Source: Gammaproteobacteria bacterium
Lineage (GTDB): Bacteria; Pseudomonadota; Gammaproteobacteria; JBCCGL01
Assembly: GCA_965277715.1 (NCBI GenBank)
Contig: OZ255836.1
Location: 3,648,001 to 3,712,000 of the forward strand
Direction: 5' to 3'
DNA: 64,000 bases
The translations under genes and the position numbers were made by a program. Of the stretch, positions 32,565 through 41,712 are shown piece after piece (position 1 is the stretch's first letter; each line of letters opens with the position of its first letter). The notes beneath the pieces were generated by a model. That model had not been told where the DNA came from. It saw nothing but the letters and a program-made list of their open reading frames with translations, and ran no database searches.

Positions 32565-33476
32565 TTGGCGTGTAAGCCAAATAGTTGTTTTTCCACGGGT
32601 GTGGCGAAACGGGGGGTTGAACGTTTTTTTCTGGTAGTAGGTATGCACCGCAGCGGAACCAGTTGTCTTGCTGGATGCCTGGCGAGAAGCGGTATGTATT
32701 TAGGTCCAGCTCCAGGTTCCAACCAATTTAACGCACCAGGCTATGGTGAGCTTCGTTCAGTAAAATGGCTGCATGACCAGATATTGGCTTTAAACAGAGG
32801 TGGGTGGTATAAACCGCCTGCCAATGTGGTAGTGCATGACTATCATCAAGCCGCTATGCGCCATATAGTCAACCAGCTTGCACGGAGACGCCTCTGTGGC
32901 GTAAAAGACCCTCGAACGCTGCTCATGCTTGATGCTTGGGAAACGATTATTGGTTCTCGGTGCCACCTTATCGGCACTTTTCGCCATCCTCTCGCGGTGG
33001 CGGCTTCTCTTAACCAGCGTAACGGTATTCCAGTTGAACAAGGTCTCACGCTTTGGCGGCACTATAATCAGCGGTTGGTAGAGCGCCACCAAAAAACCTC
33101 TTTTCCGCTAGTGGAGTTCAACTTGCACGATGTCAATGCCTATTGTGGCGTAGTTACCGAAGTTGCCACGCAATCTGGGCTTAAACCCCACTTTATGCAA
33201 TTGCGCCGTTTCGTTCGCCAACCCCTGGAGCACCATAAACTGAAAAAACAAGACCTGCCTGTGGATTGTGCTGAAACTTACGCCTATTTGATGGATAACC
33301 GTAAAGGTGGTTCGCCTGAGAGGGTTGCCGCACCTTCATTCCCTGGCGATAGACGTTGGCAGTCTGTTCAAGCGTATGGCAAAGAAGTAATTTTTAGAAA
33401 CCGCGACTTTTTGACGGCTCTATCCGAGCGCCTGCGACCGAAATACACCAAGGGAACTGCCCATGTCACAACTTGA
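32565..33476 (+). CDS. Sulfotransferase-family protein 1 (start uncertain, possibly GTG 32601)
   Basis: VVGMHRSGTSCLA PAPS-binding loop, GVKDPR, FRHPLAVAASL. Confidence 0.82.
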   Translation: MACKPNSCFSTGVAKRGVERFFLVVGMHRSGTSCLAGCLARSGMYLGPAPGSNQFNAPGYGELRSVKWLHDQILALNRGGWYKPPANVVVHDYHQAAMRHIVNQLARRRLCGVKDPRTLLMLDAWETIIGSRCHLIGTFRHPLAVAASLNQRNGIPVEQGLTLWRHYNQRLVERHQKTSFPLVEFNLHDVNAYCGVVTEVATQSGLKPHFMQLRRFVRQPLEHHKLKKQDLPVDCAETYAYLMDNRKGGSPERVAAPSFPGDRRWQSVQAYGKEVIFRNRDFLTALSERLRPKYTKGTAHVTT

Positions 33477-34269
33477 GGTGATCAAACGCGGCGAACGCTT
33501 TCTTTGCTCTGGCATCAAACCCAGAATCGCGACAGGTGAGTTGCGCAAGCAGTTCTCTGTGGCCGAACCATTCCCTCATTTAGTGCTGGACGACTTTCTT
33601 CCGACTGAGTTTATTCGTGCTATTGTCGATAATTTTCCTGCCAAAAGCGAAGCCAGCGTCTACCATACCGTCCCTCACCAGCAAGGCAAACGCGGTTACC
33701 GGCCACAGAATTTGGGTGACAACCCGTGCCGACATTATTTGCCACTCTTTAATTCACCACCCGTAGTAAAGTTTCTGGAAACGGTAACGGGGATAAAGCC
33801 CTTGCTTATCGACCCTTCTTTTCTGGGCGGAGGTCTGCATGAAATAGACCCCGGCGGTAAACTGGCCGTTCACTCAGACTTTAACCTGCATAAAGAGCTC
33901 AATCTGCAAAGACGCATTAATATGTTGATTTACCTCAACGAATCCTGGGAGGCGAACTACGCAGGCAATCTGGAGCTGTGGGACGGAGAATTGAGCCAGT
34001 GCGTAAAATCAATAGCACCCATTTTTAACCGTTGCGTAATCTTCGCCACAGACCTGAAGTCATTTCACGGGCATCCAGAAACCTTGTCCTGCCCTGAACA
34101 TATGACGCGCCGGTCAATCGCGCTATATTACTATACGGCTATTGAACCGGGAGACAAACTCAATACCACCAGCGTCTGGAGACCGCGGCCTGGTAGCCAC
34201 GATCTTGTGCCATCCGGCAGAAAATCGGTTGCCCGGCGGGTGTTTAACAAGCTTAAGCGTTGGAATTAA
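33463..34269 (+). CDS. 2OG-Fe(II) oxygenase (prolyl-4-hydroxylase-like)
   Basis: PFPHLVLDDFL, HSD...H facial triad (VHSDFN, SFHGHP), RRSIALYYY. Confidence 0.9.
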   Translation: MSQLEVIKRGERFLCSGIKPRIATGELRKQFSVAEPFPHLVLDDFLPTEFIRAIVDNFPAKSEASVYHTVPHQQGKRGYRPQNLGDNPCRHYLPLFNSPPVVKFLETVTGIKPLLIDPSFLGGGLHEIDPGGKLAVHSDFNLHKELNLQRRINMLIYLNESWEANYAGNLELWDGELSQCVKSIAPIFNRCVIFATDLKSFHGHPETLSCPEHMTRRSIALYYYTAIEPGDKLNTTSVWRPRPGSHDLVPSGRKSVARRVFNKLKRWN

Positions 34270-35126
34270 ACTTGCCTGGATTAACGGCATTTCCAGGCCG
34301 TATCATATCGTACCTTCAAAGCTGGAGGCTGGCGTTTACCACTGACCTCAGCCGCCTGCAATACTATCTTATGCTCGTCGGCAACCCAAGCTCGGGAACT
34401 ACGTTAACACGCACGTTACTGAATGCGCACCCAGAAATCGTAGTAAGTGTTGAATTGAATATCCTGAAAGAGATCGAAGCGAACAAAAGCTGGCGTTCGA
34501 TAGTGGGGCGTATTTTGTATAACGCACAGCGCTTTGACAACAACCCTTTTTGGACCGGCATCAACTATCGGATAGCAAAACTCTCAGGGCGAGGTAAAAA
34601 GCCGTTGCGGGTTATTGGTGACAAACGCGCGGCAGATACGGCGGCATATCTGGCGCGAAATCCCGCGCTGTTATTCGCATTACACCAGTGGTCACCGGTA
34701 CCGGTGCGGTTTATCCACTGCGTGCGTCATCCCTGTGACGTAATCGCCACCAGAATCCGCCGTGGCAAGCTGGACCGCTACGGTAGGTTGGACGCGACGT
34801 ATAATCTGCACAAGTATGTCGAGCTGGAAAAAATCGCTGCGCAACTGTTTTCCGTATTGGGTGAACGCCGTTGTCTGCGGTTCTACCATGAAGAGCTAAT
34901 TGAGGATCCTATACCGGTATTGCAACAGTTGACCACTTTTCTGGGCGTGCAGGCAGGACAGGCCTATTTTGACGCCTGCCGCTCCCTTATCTATAAAAAG
35001 CCCAATAAAAGCCGTTTACAGCGACAATGGACTACGCAGGAGAGGCAAATGATCGAACGTGAAACCGCAAGTATTCCTCACCTGGCGCGTTATTTTGACA
35101 ATGGGCACCTATCCTTTGATGCATAA
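34260..35126 (+). CDS. Sulfotransferase-family protein 2
   Basis: VGNPSSGTTLTRTLLNAHPEI, VIGDK, VRHPCDVI, YHEELIEDP. Confidence 0.85.
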   Translation: MELNLPGLTAFPGRIISYLQSWRLAFTTDLSRLQYYLMLVGNPSSGTTLTRTLLNAHPEIVVSVELNILKEIEANKSWRSIVGRILYNAQRFDNNPFWTGINYRIAKLSGRGKKPLRVIGDKRAADTAAYLARNPALLFALHQWSPVPVRFIHCVRHPCDVIATRIRRGKLDRYGRLDATYNLHKYVELEKIAAQLFSVLGERRCLRFYHEELIEDPIPVLQQLTTFLGVQAGQAYFDACRSLIYKKPNKSRLQRQWTTQERQMIERETASIPHLARYFDNGHLSFDA

Positions 35127-36204
35127 ACCAACCAAGCGCGCCCCGCTATTTGAAACGCTACAATTCACTATCATCTACACCCCCGGTACAGTTTATTTTC
35201 TTACCTGGATGGTGACCAGTCTGCTTAAGCATTCGCCCTGTTCGTTCCGTCTAGTGTCTAACGGGTGCATGGTGCCAGAGCAACGCTACCTGGAACATTT
35301 TTGCCGCCGGGATCAACGCCTGAGTTTTCTGGCGCTCTCTACCGATCACTACCTACCCCACGGTGAGATACTGGATTATCTGCAAGCCATCCATACCGAC
35401 GAATGGTTCTGCTTTTTGGACTCGGATATGTTTGCTACAGCGGACTTTCTGGCAGAGTTTACTGTCGATATCCCCCGCTACGCAGCCGTATTCTCTGGTG
35501 CGCCAGTCTGGGCGACCGCCTCAGATCAGATACTGCCGGAAAATTTCAAAATCATCAGCGGTCATCATACCGATAGTGACCGGCAACATTGCCTGGGCTG
35601 CACTTATTTTGCCGTATACAACAACGCCCTGCTGGGTGAACTGCGGTCCCGTACCGGGCTTAGCTTTAAAACTGCGTATTGGAACGACATCGCGGAACAA
35701 CATCAGCAAAAATTAATTGCCCTCGGCCTGAAAAAGAAATTCTACGATACTGCACGGCTACTGAATCTGATGCTGGTCTACGAAGGGCACGCACTGTGCT
35801 ATCAGGATTTACCTTCGCTGACCCATATAGGCGGGTTTAGTTATATCCCCGGCAGGGAATTCTCAAGTAGTTTGGCAGGTCGAATATACAGGGCTTTGTC
35901 GATAGTATTTCATCGTAACGTTTTGGTGAAAAAACTGGAAAAATGGCGTCGGCGTCGCAGTTACCGACACCTGCAACCTATCGATAACGAAGAATTGGAG
36001 GCGGTTATTGCGCAACGGATCGAGCAGCGCGACCCTGTGCGCAATTATTTTTACAGCTTGTTTAAAGCCTTGCCGACAAAATCACCTTTGCCACCATTAC
36101 CCAGGGTAAAAAACCGGGAAGTTGACCAACGTCTACGCACAGCGGCGTCTGCGGTACAGCTTCTATACCAGGAATACGAGACCGAGGGTCAGAAGAAAAC
36201 ATGA
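35119..36204 (+). CDS. Glycosyltransferase-like (GT-A) protein
   Basis: LVSNG followed by FCFLDSDMF (DxD motif); start overlaps the upstream stop; family assignment tentative. Confidence 0.55.
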   Translation: MHKPTKRAPLFETLQFTIIYTPGTVYFLTWMVTSLLKHSPCSFRLVSNGCMVPEQRYLEHFCRRDQRLSFLALSTDHYLPHGEILDYLQAIHTDEWFCFLDSDMFATADFLAEFTVDIPRYAAVFSGAPVWATASDQILPENFKIISGHHTDSDRQHCLGCTYFAVYNNALLGELRSRTGLSFKTAYWNDIAEQHQQKLIALGLKKKFYDTARLLNLMLVYEGHALCYQDLPSLTHIGGFSYIPGREFSSSLAGRIYRALSIVFHRNVLVKKLEKWRRRRSYRHLQPIDNEELEAVIAQRIEQRDPVRNYFYSLFKALPTKSPLPPLPRVKNREVDQRLRTAASAVQLLYQEYETEGQKKT

Positions 36205-37220
36205 CAACACCAATTCACCGTTATACGGTTTACGGCATGCCCATTGAGGCCAATGCGCCAGTGCGGCATCTCAACACCAGCGATGAACCGGCTGTTGCGA
36301 CAAACCATGACATATTGGCACAACCGTTACAAATTACCTACCAGGGTTTGACGACGCCTCAGCTAACACCACCGGATGGTGAAATTTTATATAGCTCACC
36401 GGCTCAAACCAAAGAGGGTCGCGGCTTTTTTGAAGTGTGGAAACACGCCGGGGGGTTGTGGTTGTGTCATCACAACCACAACACAGATGACAGTGGTGTA
36501 CGCGCAGCTTATTTTGATGTCGACCCAAGTGGGCATACGCTGGATATAAGCTGGACTGCCGCGTTTAATGTCGACGATTTATCCGGGTATTTACTCGGCC
36601 CTGTACTCGGTTGCATTTTACGCACCCGGAGAGTAACACCACTACATGCTTCGGTATTAAATATCGGCGAAAAAGCGATCATCGTTACGGGTGCGAAAGG
36701 GGCTGGCAAATCAACCCTTGCGGCATTTTTCGCACGCAATGGCCACCGTGTTCTGGCGGACGATATTGCGTCACTGGTACGAAGAGAAAACAGCTATTGG
36801 GTGCATCCCGGCTACCCACACCTGCGTCTTTGGCGGGAAACGCTGGATGAATTGGGTTGTCGTGATGCACTACCGCCGGTATCAGTCGGCATTGACAAGC
36901 GATATCTGGCTTTGACCGGGTCAGCGGATCAAGCCACCGCAGGATTCCAGCGTAAAGCATTGCCGCTTGCCGGCATTTTCGTATTGGAAAATTTCAATGC
37001 AAGCTGTTCGGTTTCAATAACCCCTCTAGTACGTGCCGAAGGCCTTATAAATCTGGTCAGAAATACCTATGCTGATTACCTGTTGGATGCCACAGGGAGA
37101 GGCCGGGATTTTGATTTTCTGACTGGATTGCTGGCGGATACTGCCGTCTATAAAGTCTCCCGACCTCGGGATCTGGCCCTTCTGCCCGAGGTGATTGAGG
37201 CTATCGTCGGCATCTGCTAA
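36201..37220 (+). CDS. HPr kinase-like serine kinase (lasso peptide kinase type)
   Basis: PLHAS, Walker A GAKGAGKST, VLADD, HPGYPHLRLW; last gene of the lasso operon. Confidence 0.85.
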   Translation: MTTPIHRYTVYGMPIEANAPVRHLNTSDEPAVATNHDILAQPLQITYQGLTTPQLTPPDGEILYSSPAQTKEGRGFFEVWKHAGGLWLCHHNHNTDDSGVRAAYFDVDPSGHTLDISWTAAFNVDDLSGYLLGPVLGCILRTRRVTPLHASVLNIGEKAIIVTGAKGAGKSTLAAFFARNGHRVLADDIASLVRRENSYWVHPGYPHLRLWRETLDELGCRDALPPVSVGIDKRYLALTGSADQATAGFQRKALPLAGIFVLENFNASCSVSITPLVRAEGLINLVRNTYADYLLDATGRGRDFDFLTGLLADTAVYKVSRPRDLALLPEVIEAIVGIC

Positions 37221-37271
37221 ATGAGGTGTTTTTTTGTGATAGAGGTCGTTCCACCCTATCAGCCCCTTCAA

Positions 37272-37434
37272 CCTAGAAAACGCAGTTGAGTGCGAAAAAG
37301 CTGTGCAAGGCATTGGTGTGCATGGGACCGTTAAAAAATGCGTGGTCACCTTATTGGCGATGAGCAATTTTTACACTTTTCCAGGTGCGCCAAGGGCTTG
37401 TGCAGACTTTCGTGAGGCAACTGCGGAATTTAGG
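37272..37434. mobile_element. Diverged MITE-like element sharing ends with the 175-bp family
   Basis: Ends cctagaaaacgcagttga / caactgcggaatttagg; internal dyad ctgtgcaaggcattggtgtgca / tgcgccaagggcttgtgcag. Confidence 0.65.
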
Positions 37435-37506
37435 TTCAAATCTGGCTTTACTATAGAGACGCCAGTTTGCGATAGGCTTTTATCAGGGGCTGATAAAACC
37501 CTGTTG

Positions 37507-38256
37507 TTAACAGGTGTAGTTCATCGCCAGCCGACCACCGTCAATGTAAATAGTTTCACCGGATATATAGCTGGCTTTATCACTGGCCAGAAACGCCACC
37601 ACATCACCGACTTCCCGGGGTTTACCAATACGTTTAAGGGGGGTGCGTGACATAACCATTTTCATTGCCTCGGCATCGGGATTGACGCTCGCCATCATTG
37701 CTGTATCGATAGATCCCGGCCCCACCGCGTTAACGCGAATGCCATGTGTTGCCAATGCGACAGCAGCGGCTTTGGTCAATTGCATTACGCCGCCTTTCGA
37801 GGCGCAGTAGGGGGCGATAGAGGGGATGGCGACGCGCTCGTTAATGGATGACATGTTGACAATCGCGCCCTGAATGTTATGCGTTACCATGGATTTCGCT
37901 GCGCGCTGTAATGCCAGGAATGTCCCGGTCAAATTGACATTGATGACTGCCTGAAAGGTTTCCAGCGTGGTCTCCAAAAAATCACAGGGATAGGAAATAC
38001 CCGCGTTGTTGACCAAAATCGATACCGGGCCAAGTGTGCTTTCAATCTGATCGAACATTGCGTTGATTTGCACGGGGTCACCCATATCGCAGGTAATCGC
38101 CTGTGTTTTACTACCTAATCGATTCGCCGCCGCGTTAACATTTTCAGTATTGATATCCGCCAGGACAATGTGCGCGCCGTCTTCGGCAATGGCCTCGGCG
38201 CAAGCGTAGCCGATGCCCTGGGCGCCACCGGTAATTAAAGCGATAGGTTTATTCAT
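37507..38256 (-). CDS. SDR family oxidoreductase
   Basis: TGGAQGIG, NNAG, YCASK. Confidence 0.93.
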   Translation of the reverse strand: MNKPIALITGGAQGIGYACAEAIAEDGAHIVLADINTENVNAAANRLGSKTQAITCDMGDPVQINAMFDQIESTLGPVSILVNNAGISYPCDFLETTLETFQAVINVNLTGTFLALQRAAKSMVTHNIQGAIVNMSSINERVAIPSIAPYCASKGGVMQLTKAAAVALATHGIRVNAVGPGSIDTAMMASVNPDAEAMKMVMSRTPLKRIGKPREVGDVVAFLASDKASYISGETIYIDGGRLAMNYTC

Positions 38257-38332
38257 ATCTGTTGGTTTCCGCAGTGTGTGGTCAGAGAATTATCAGTATC
38301 AAGATCGTTTTATAAAATAGAGCCCGGTGCCG

Positions 38333-39091
38333 TCACTGTCCATAATCCAGCGGATCGCGGTTCCACGATTTATAGATTAAATACCGGGCGTTGGTTTTAC
38401 CTATGGCGCCAAACCATTGGGCGCTATACGGCCCCATCCAAATAACATCATGTTTCTCTACGGGATACCAACGGTCATCCAGCCGGTAGATGCCACCACC
38501 AGCCAGCATAAGCAGCCCGTGCTCCATAAAATGCGTCTCTACATAGGGAAGTGATGCACCGGGTGAAAAATCCATCGTGTTTATCTGCAGGTCGTAGATG
38601 TCATCCTGCGGGATGAGTTTTTTAAGTTGGATGTCCTCGTCGCCATTCATTGCGACACTGTCAATACCCTGGGTGCTGCCGATGATAAAGGGGGGTGTAT
38701 CAGTAAGGTTTGGCAGTGGGGTGTATTGGCGCTCAAGCACTGAAATGCGAGCGCTTGTGTTGGTTTTAATCGTGTGGGGTGTACCCGCAGGTATATAGGC
38801 ATATCCTTCGTTACTGAGTACGCGGGGCTGATCTTCAATGGTCAGTGTTAGCTCCCCTTCAAGTATAAATATAAACCGTTCGATTGCCTTCACATAGGGC
38901 ATATCTCCCACACTTTGTGTCGATAAGGTAGCAAAGTATTGCGTGAACCCCGCGCCCATTTGCGGGGCGATAACAACGATAATTTCTGTGTTGCGCCAGT
39001 GCGGCAGTGTTGTTCGTTCAAAACTGTCGGGCGATACCAGCGCGTGGTTTCTCTGGATTGAAGACCGCGTTTCTCCAAGGTGGCGTCTCAT
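38333..39091 (-). CDS. allE: (S)-ureidoglycine aminohydrolase (bicupin, AllE/YlbA-like)
   Basis: ERFIFILEGE, YVETHFMEHGLLML, GIYRL, YLIYK..NR. Confidence 0.82.
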   Translation of the reverse strand: MRRHLGETRSSIQRNHALVSPDSFERTTLPHWRNTEIIVVIAPQMGAGFTQYFATLSTQSVGDMPYVKAIERFIFILEGELTLTIEDQPRVLSNEGYAYIPAGTPHTIKTNTSARISVLERQYTPLPNLTDTPPFIIGSTQGIDSVAMNGDEDIQLKKLIPQDDIYDLQINTMDFSPGASLPYVETHFMEHGLLMLAGGGIYRLDDRWYPVEKHDVIWMGPYSAQWFGAIGKTNARYLIYKSWNRDPLDYGQ

Positions 39092-39158
39092 GGGTATTTT
39101 CCTCGATGGCTTTTTACGTTTTGGTGTGCGTTTCCACACACGGACACCCGATAAATCG

Positions 39159-40223
39159 TCACGATTTATCCACTAATGCCACTGCATCTGCAATAGCCGT
39201 CAAAAGTTGATCAATTTCTGCGATAGTCGTGTTCCAGGCGGTAACGAAGCGAGGTGGCGCTGTGCCGTCCAGCTCTCCCTCAGTCACGCTGAAACCACAC
39301 GCATTGAGCCTCTCTATCACTGCTTGGGGGAGGTGTACAAAAACCTCATTCGACTGTGTTGGGTAGGCCGGTTTTACTCCAGGAATCGATGCCAGCCCGT
39401 TGCTCAGGCGGGTGGCCATTGCATTGGCATGGCGGGCATTGCGCAGCCAGACATCATCTTTTATATACGCTTCAAGCTGTGCTGAGATAAACCGCATTTT
39501 GGAAATCAGTTGCCCGGAGCGTTTATGCAGGAAAGGAAAAGACTGAATAAGCGCCGGTTTAAAAAAAACCACTGCTTCCGCCACAAGGCAGCCATTTTTT
39601 GTGCCACCAAAAGATAAAACATCGACACCGGCTTTCCAGGTCATCTCTGCCGGACTGGTGTTCAGGGTAACAAGCGCATTGGCGAACCGGGCGCCATCCA
39701 TATGGACGTTTAACCCATGGCGATGGGCCGTTTCCCCGATGGCGGCTACTTCGCCCAGTGTGTACACAGTGCCCAGCTCGCACGATTGGGTAATGCTCAC
39801 TGTTGTGGGTTGCGCTGAATGTACATTGCCGGTGCCACGGATAACATCGCCAAGGCTTTCGGAGGTGATTTTGCCGTTATCACTGGCGATGGGGATAAGC
39901 TTGGCACCACCGGTAAAAAACTCGGGCGCGGCGCACTCATCGGTATTGATGTGTGACATTTCGTGGCAGAACACCTTGCCGAATCGCGGCGTTAATGCAG
40001 ACAGCGCCAAGGCGTTGGCTGCCGTGCCAGAGAGCACCGGAAAAACCTTCACCGCCGTTTCGAAGACATCAGAAAATATCGCGTCTAAATTAAGCGAGTG
40101 TGCATCGTCACCGTAGGACGAAGTGATGCCTGCATTTGCGGCGATAACAGCGTCCATTATTTCCGGGCAGGCGCACGAGGTGTTATCTGAAGCGAGGCTG
40201 TTTAACAGGGCATTTCCTGACAT
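39159..40223 (-). CDS. Low-specificity L-threonine aldolase family
   Basis: ASDN, GTAANAL, HMDGARFANA, SFGGTKNG (PLP lysine). Confidence 0.9.
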   Translation of the reverse strand: MSGNALLNSLASDNTSCACPEIMDAVIAANAGITSSYGDDAHSLNLDAIFSDVFETAVKVFPVLSGTAANALALSALTPRFGKVFCHEMSHINTDECAAPEFFTGGAKLIPIASDNGKITSESLGDVIRGTGNVHSAQPTTVSITQSCELGTVYTLGEVAAIGETAHRHGLNVHMDGARFANALVTLNTSPAEMTWKAGVDVLSFGGTKNGCLVAEAVVFFKPALIQSFPFLHKRSGQLISKMRFISAQLEAYIKDDVWLRNARHANAMATRLSNGLASIPGVKPAYPTQSNEVFVHLPQAVIERLNACGFSVTEGELDGTAPPRFVTAWNTTIAEIDQLLTAIADAVALVDKS

Positions 40224-40254
40224 TATTGTTACCTATTGAGGTTGTTTTGATCGG

Positions 40255-41439
40255 TTAATTGGGGATAGTGATTAATTCGCGGGCGACATGGCTCAAGCGC
40301 TCGCCACCGTGTTGTGTCACGACAAAAGGCTCTGAAATCGCCGCGCCAAAGTCATCCAGCCACATGCCGGACTGGAAATGAAAACACATACCTTCCTGGA
40401 GTACGGTGGTGTCTCCTGGGCGTAGGCTTGCTGTGCGCTCGCCCCAATCGGGTGGGTAGTTGAGGCCGATGGAATACCCGACCCGGCTGTCTTTGCTGTA
40501 ACCGTGGCGTTTGAGCACGCCTTGCCAGGTTGCCTCAACTGCTTCGCAGGTGACCCCCGGTTTGGCCATAGCGAGCGCTTTGTCTCCCCCTTCAATAATA
40601 ACATCGGCTAGCCGGGCAATTTCGTCTGGTGGCGTGCCGATGTACATCGTGCGGGTCAGTGGTGCGTGGTAGTGCCGCCGGGCGGCGCCGATTTCCATCA
40701 CCACCAGGCCACTCTTGGGCAGGGGTTCATCGGTCCAGGTTAAATGGGGTGTGCTGGTGCCTTCCCCTACCTGAATGAGTGGGCATAGGCTGGTGTAGTC
40801 ACCAAACTTATTATCACAGCCGGTAACCTGTGCATGGTAGACATCGGCGATCACTTCAAACTGGCGAACCCCCGGCTGGATTCTGGCGATGGCCGTGTTC
40901 ATGGTGTCGGTGATGATACGCCCCGCCTCGCGCATATAGACTAGCTCGGCGTCTGACTTTACCAGTCTGGCCCAGTTGACGATTTCATGGTTGTCGGCAA
41001 TGTGGGCATTGGGTAGGCCTTTTGTCAGGTGTTGATGCGCCCGTGCGGTGTAGTAATGGGCATCGAGCTCGACACCAATTCGCGATGCCCCCCAGCCCCG
41101 TGCAATCAACAGCGCGCATAGCTCATCGAAAGGGTGTTGGCTTGGGTGGTGTACCAGCGACTCAGAAAACCCGATGATATTGTCGTCGGGTATGTCGGTG
41201 GTAATGCGGGCTGACTTTGCATCCTGTGCGCGACCAAACCAGATGGGTGATGCTTCCTCCAGGTGTAAAATAACGGCCTGAGGGGTGTAGAAAGACCAAC
41301 CGTCAAACCCGGTCAGCCAGCCCATACTGGCGGGGTCCTGGCATACCAGCAGGTCGAACCCCGCCGCTACCATGCGCCTTTTTACTTTTTCGACACGTTG
41401 CGCGTATTCATATTTTTCAAAGGGTTTGTTGTAGTGCAT
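40255..41439 (-). CDS. doeA: M24 family hydrolase, ectoine hydrolase DoeA/EutD-like
   Basis: WLTGFDGWSFY, NWARLVKS, GYSIGLNYPPDWGERTASLR. Confidence 0.75.
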   Translation of the reverse strand: MHYNKPFEKYEYAQRVEKVKRRMVAAGFDLLVCQDPASMGWLTGFDGWSFYTPQAVILHLEEASPIWFGRAQDAKSARITTDIPDDNIIGFSESLVHHPSQHPFDELCALLIARGWGASRIGVELDAHYYTARAHQHLTKGLPNAHIADNHEIVNWARLVKSDAELVYMREAGRIITDTMNTAIARIQPGVRQFEVIADVYHAQVTGCDNKFGDYTSLCPLIQVGEGTSTPHLTWTDEPLPKSGLVVMEIGAARRHYHAPLTRTMYIGTPPDEIARLADVIIEGGDKALAMAKPGVTCEAVEATWQGVLKRHGYSKDSRVGYSIGLNYPPDWGERTASLRPGDTTVLQEGMCFHFQSGMWLDDFGAAISEPFVVTQHGGERLSHVARELITIPN

Positions 41440-41498
41440 GTTTCGCGTTCTCTTTCCGGTATTCTCTTCTTTGGCAATAAACGCCCCCTGGACATAAT

Positions 41499-41673
41499 CC
41501 TAAATTCCGCAGTTGAATCTACTGCGAGCACCTAGTGCACAGAATCTAAAGCGCTTTTACCAGCATTTCAGCTTCACCTGTAGAATCACTACAGGGTTGC
41601 TAAAATGCTGGTAAAAACACTTCATCTTCAGCACCTTAGACGCCCTCGCTACGATTCAACTGCGGAATTTAGG
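41499..41673. mobile_element. 175-bp MITE-like element, copy 2
   Basis: Near-identical to 3642-3816; flanked by ATAAT on both sides. Confidence 0.85.
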
Positions 41674-41712
41674 ATAATGCATGGGGTCCAGGCAAAGGGA
41701 GGCATTAGAAAA

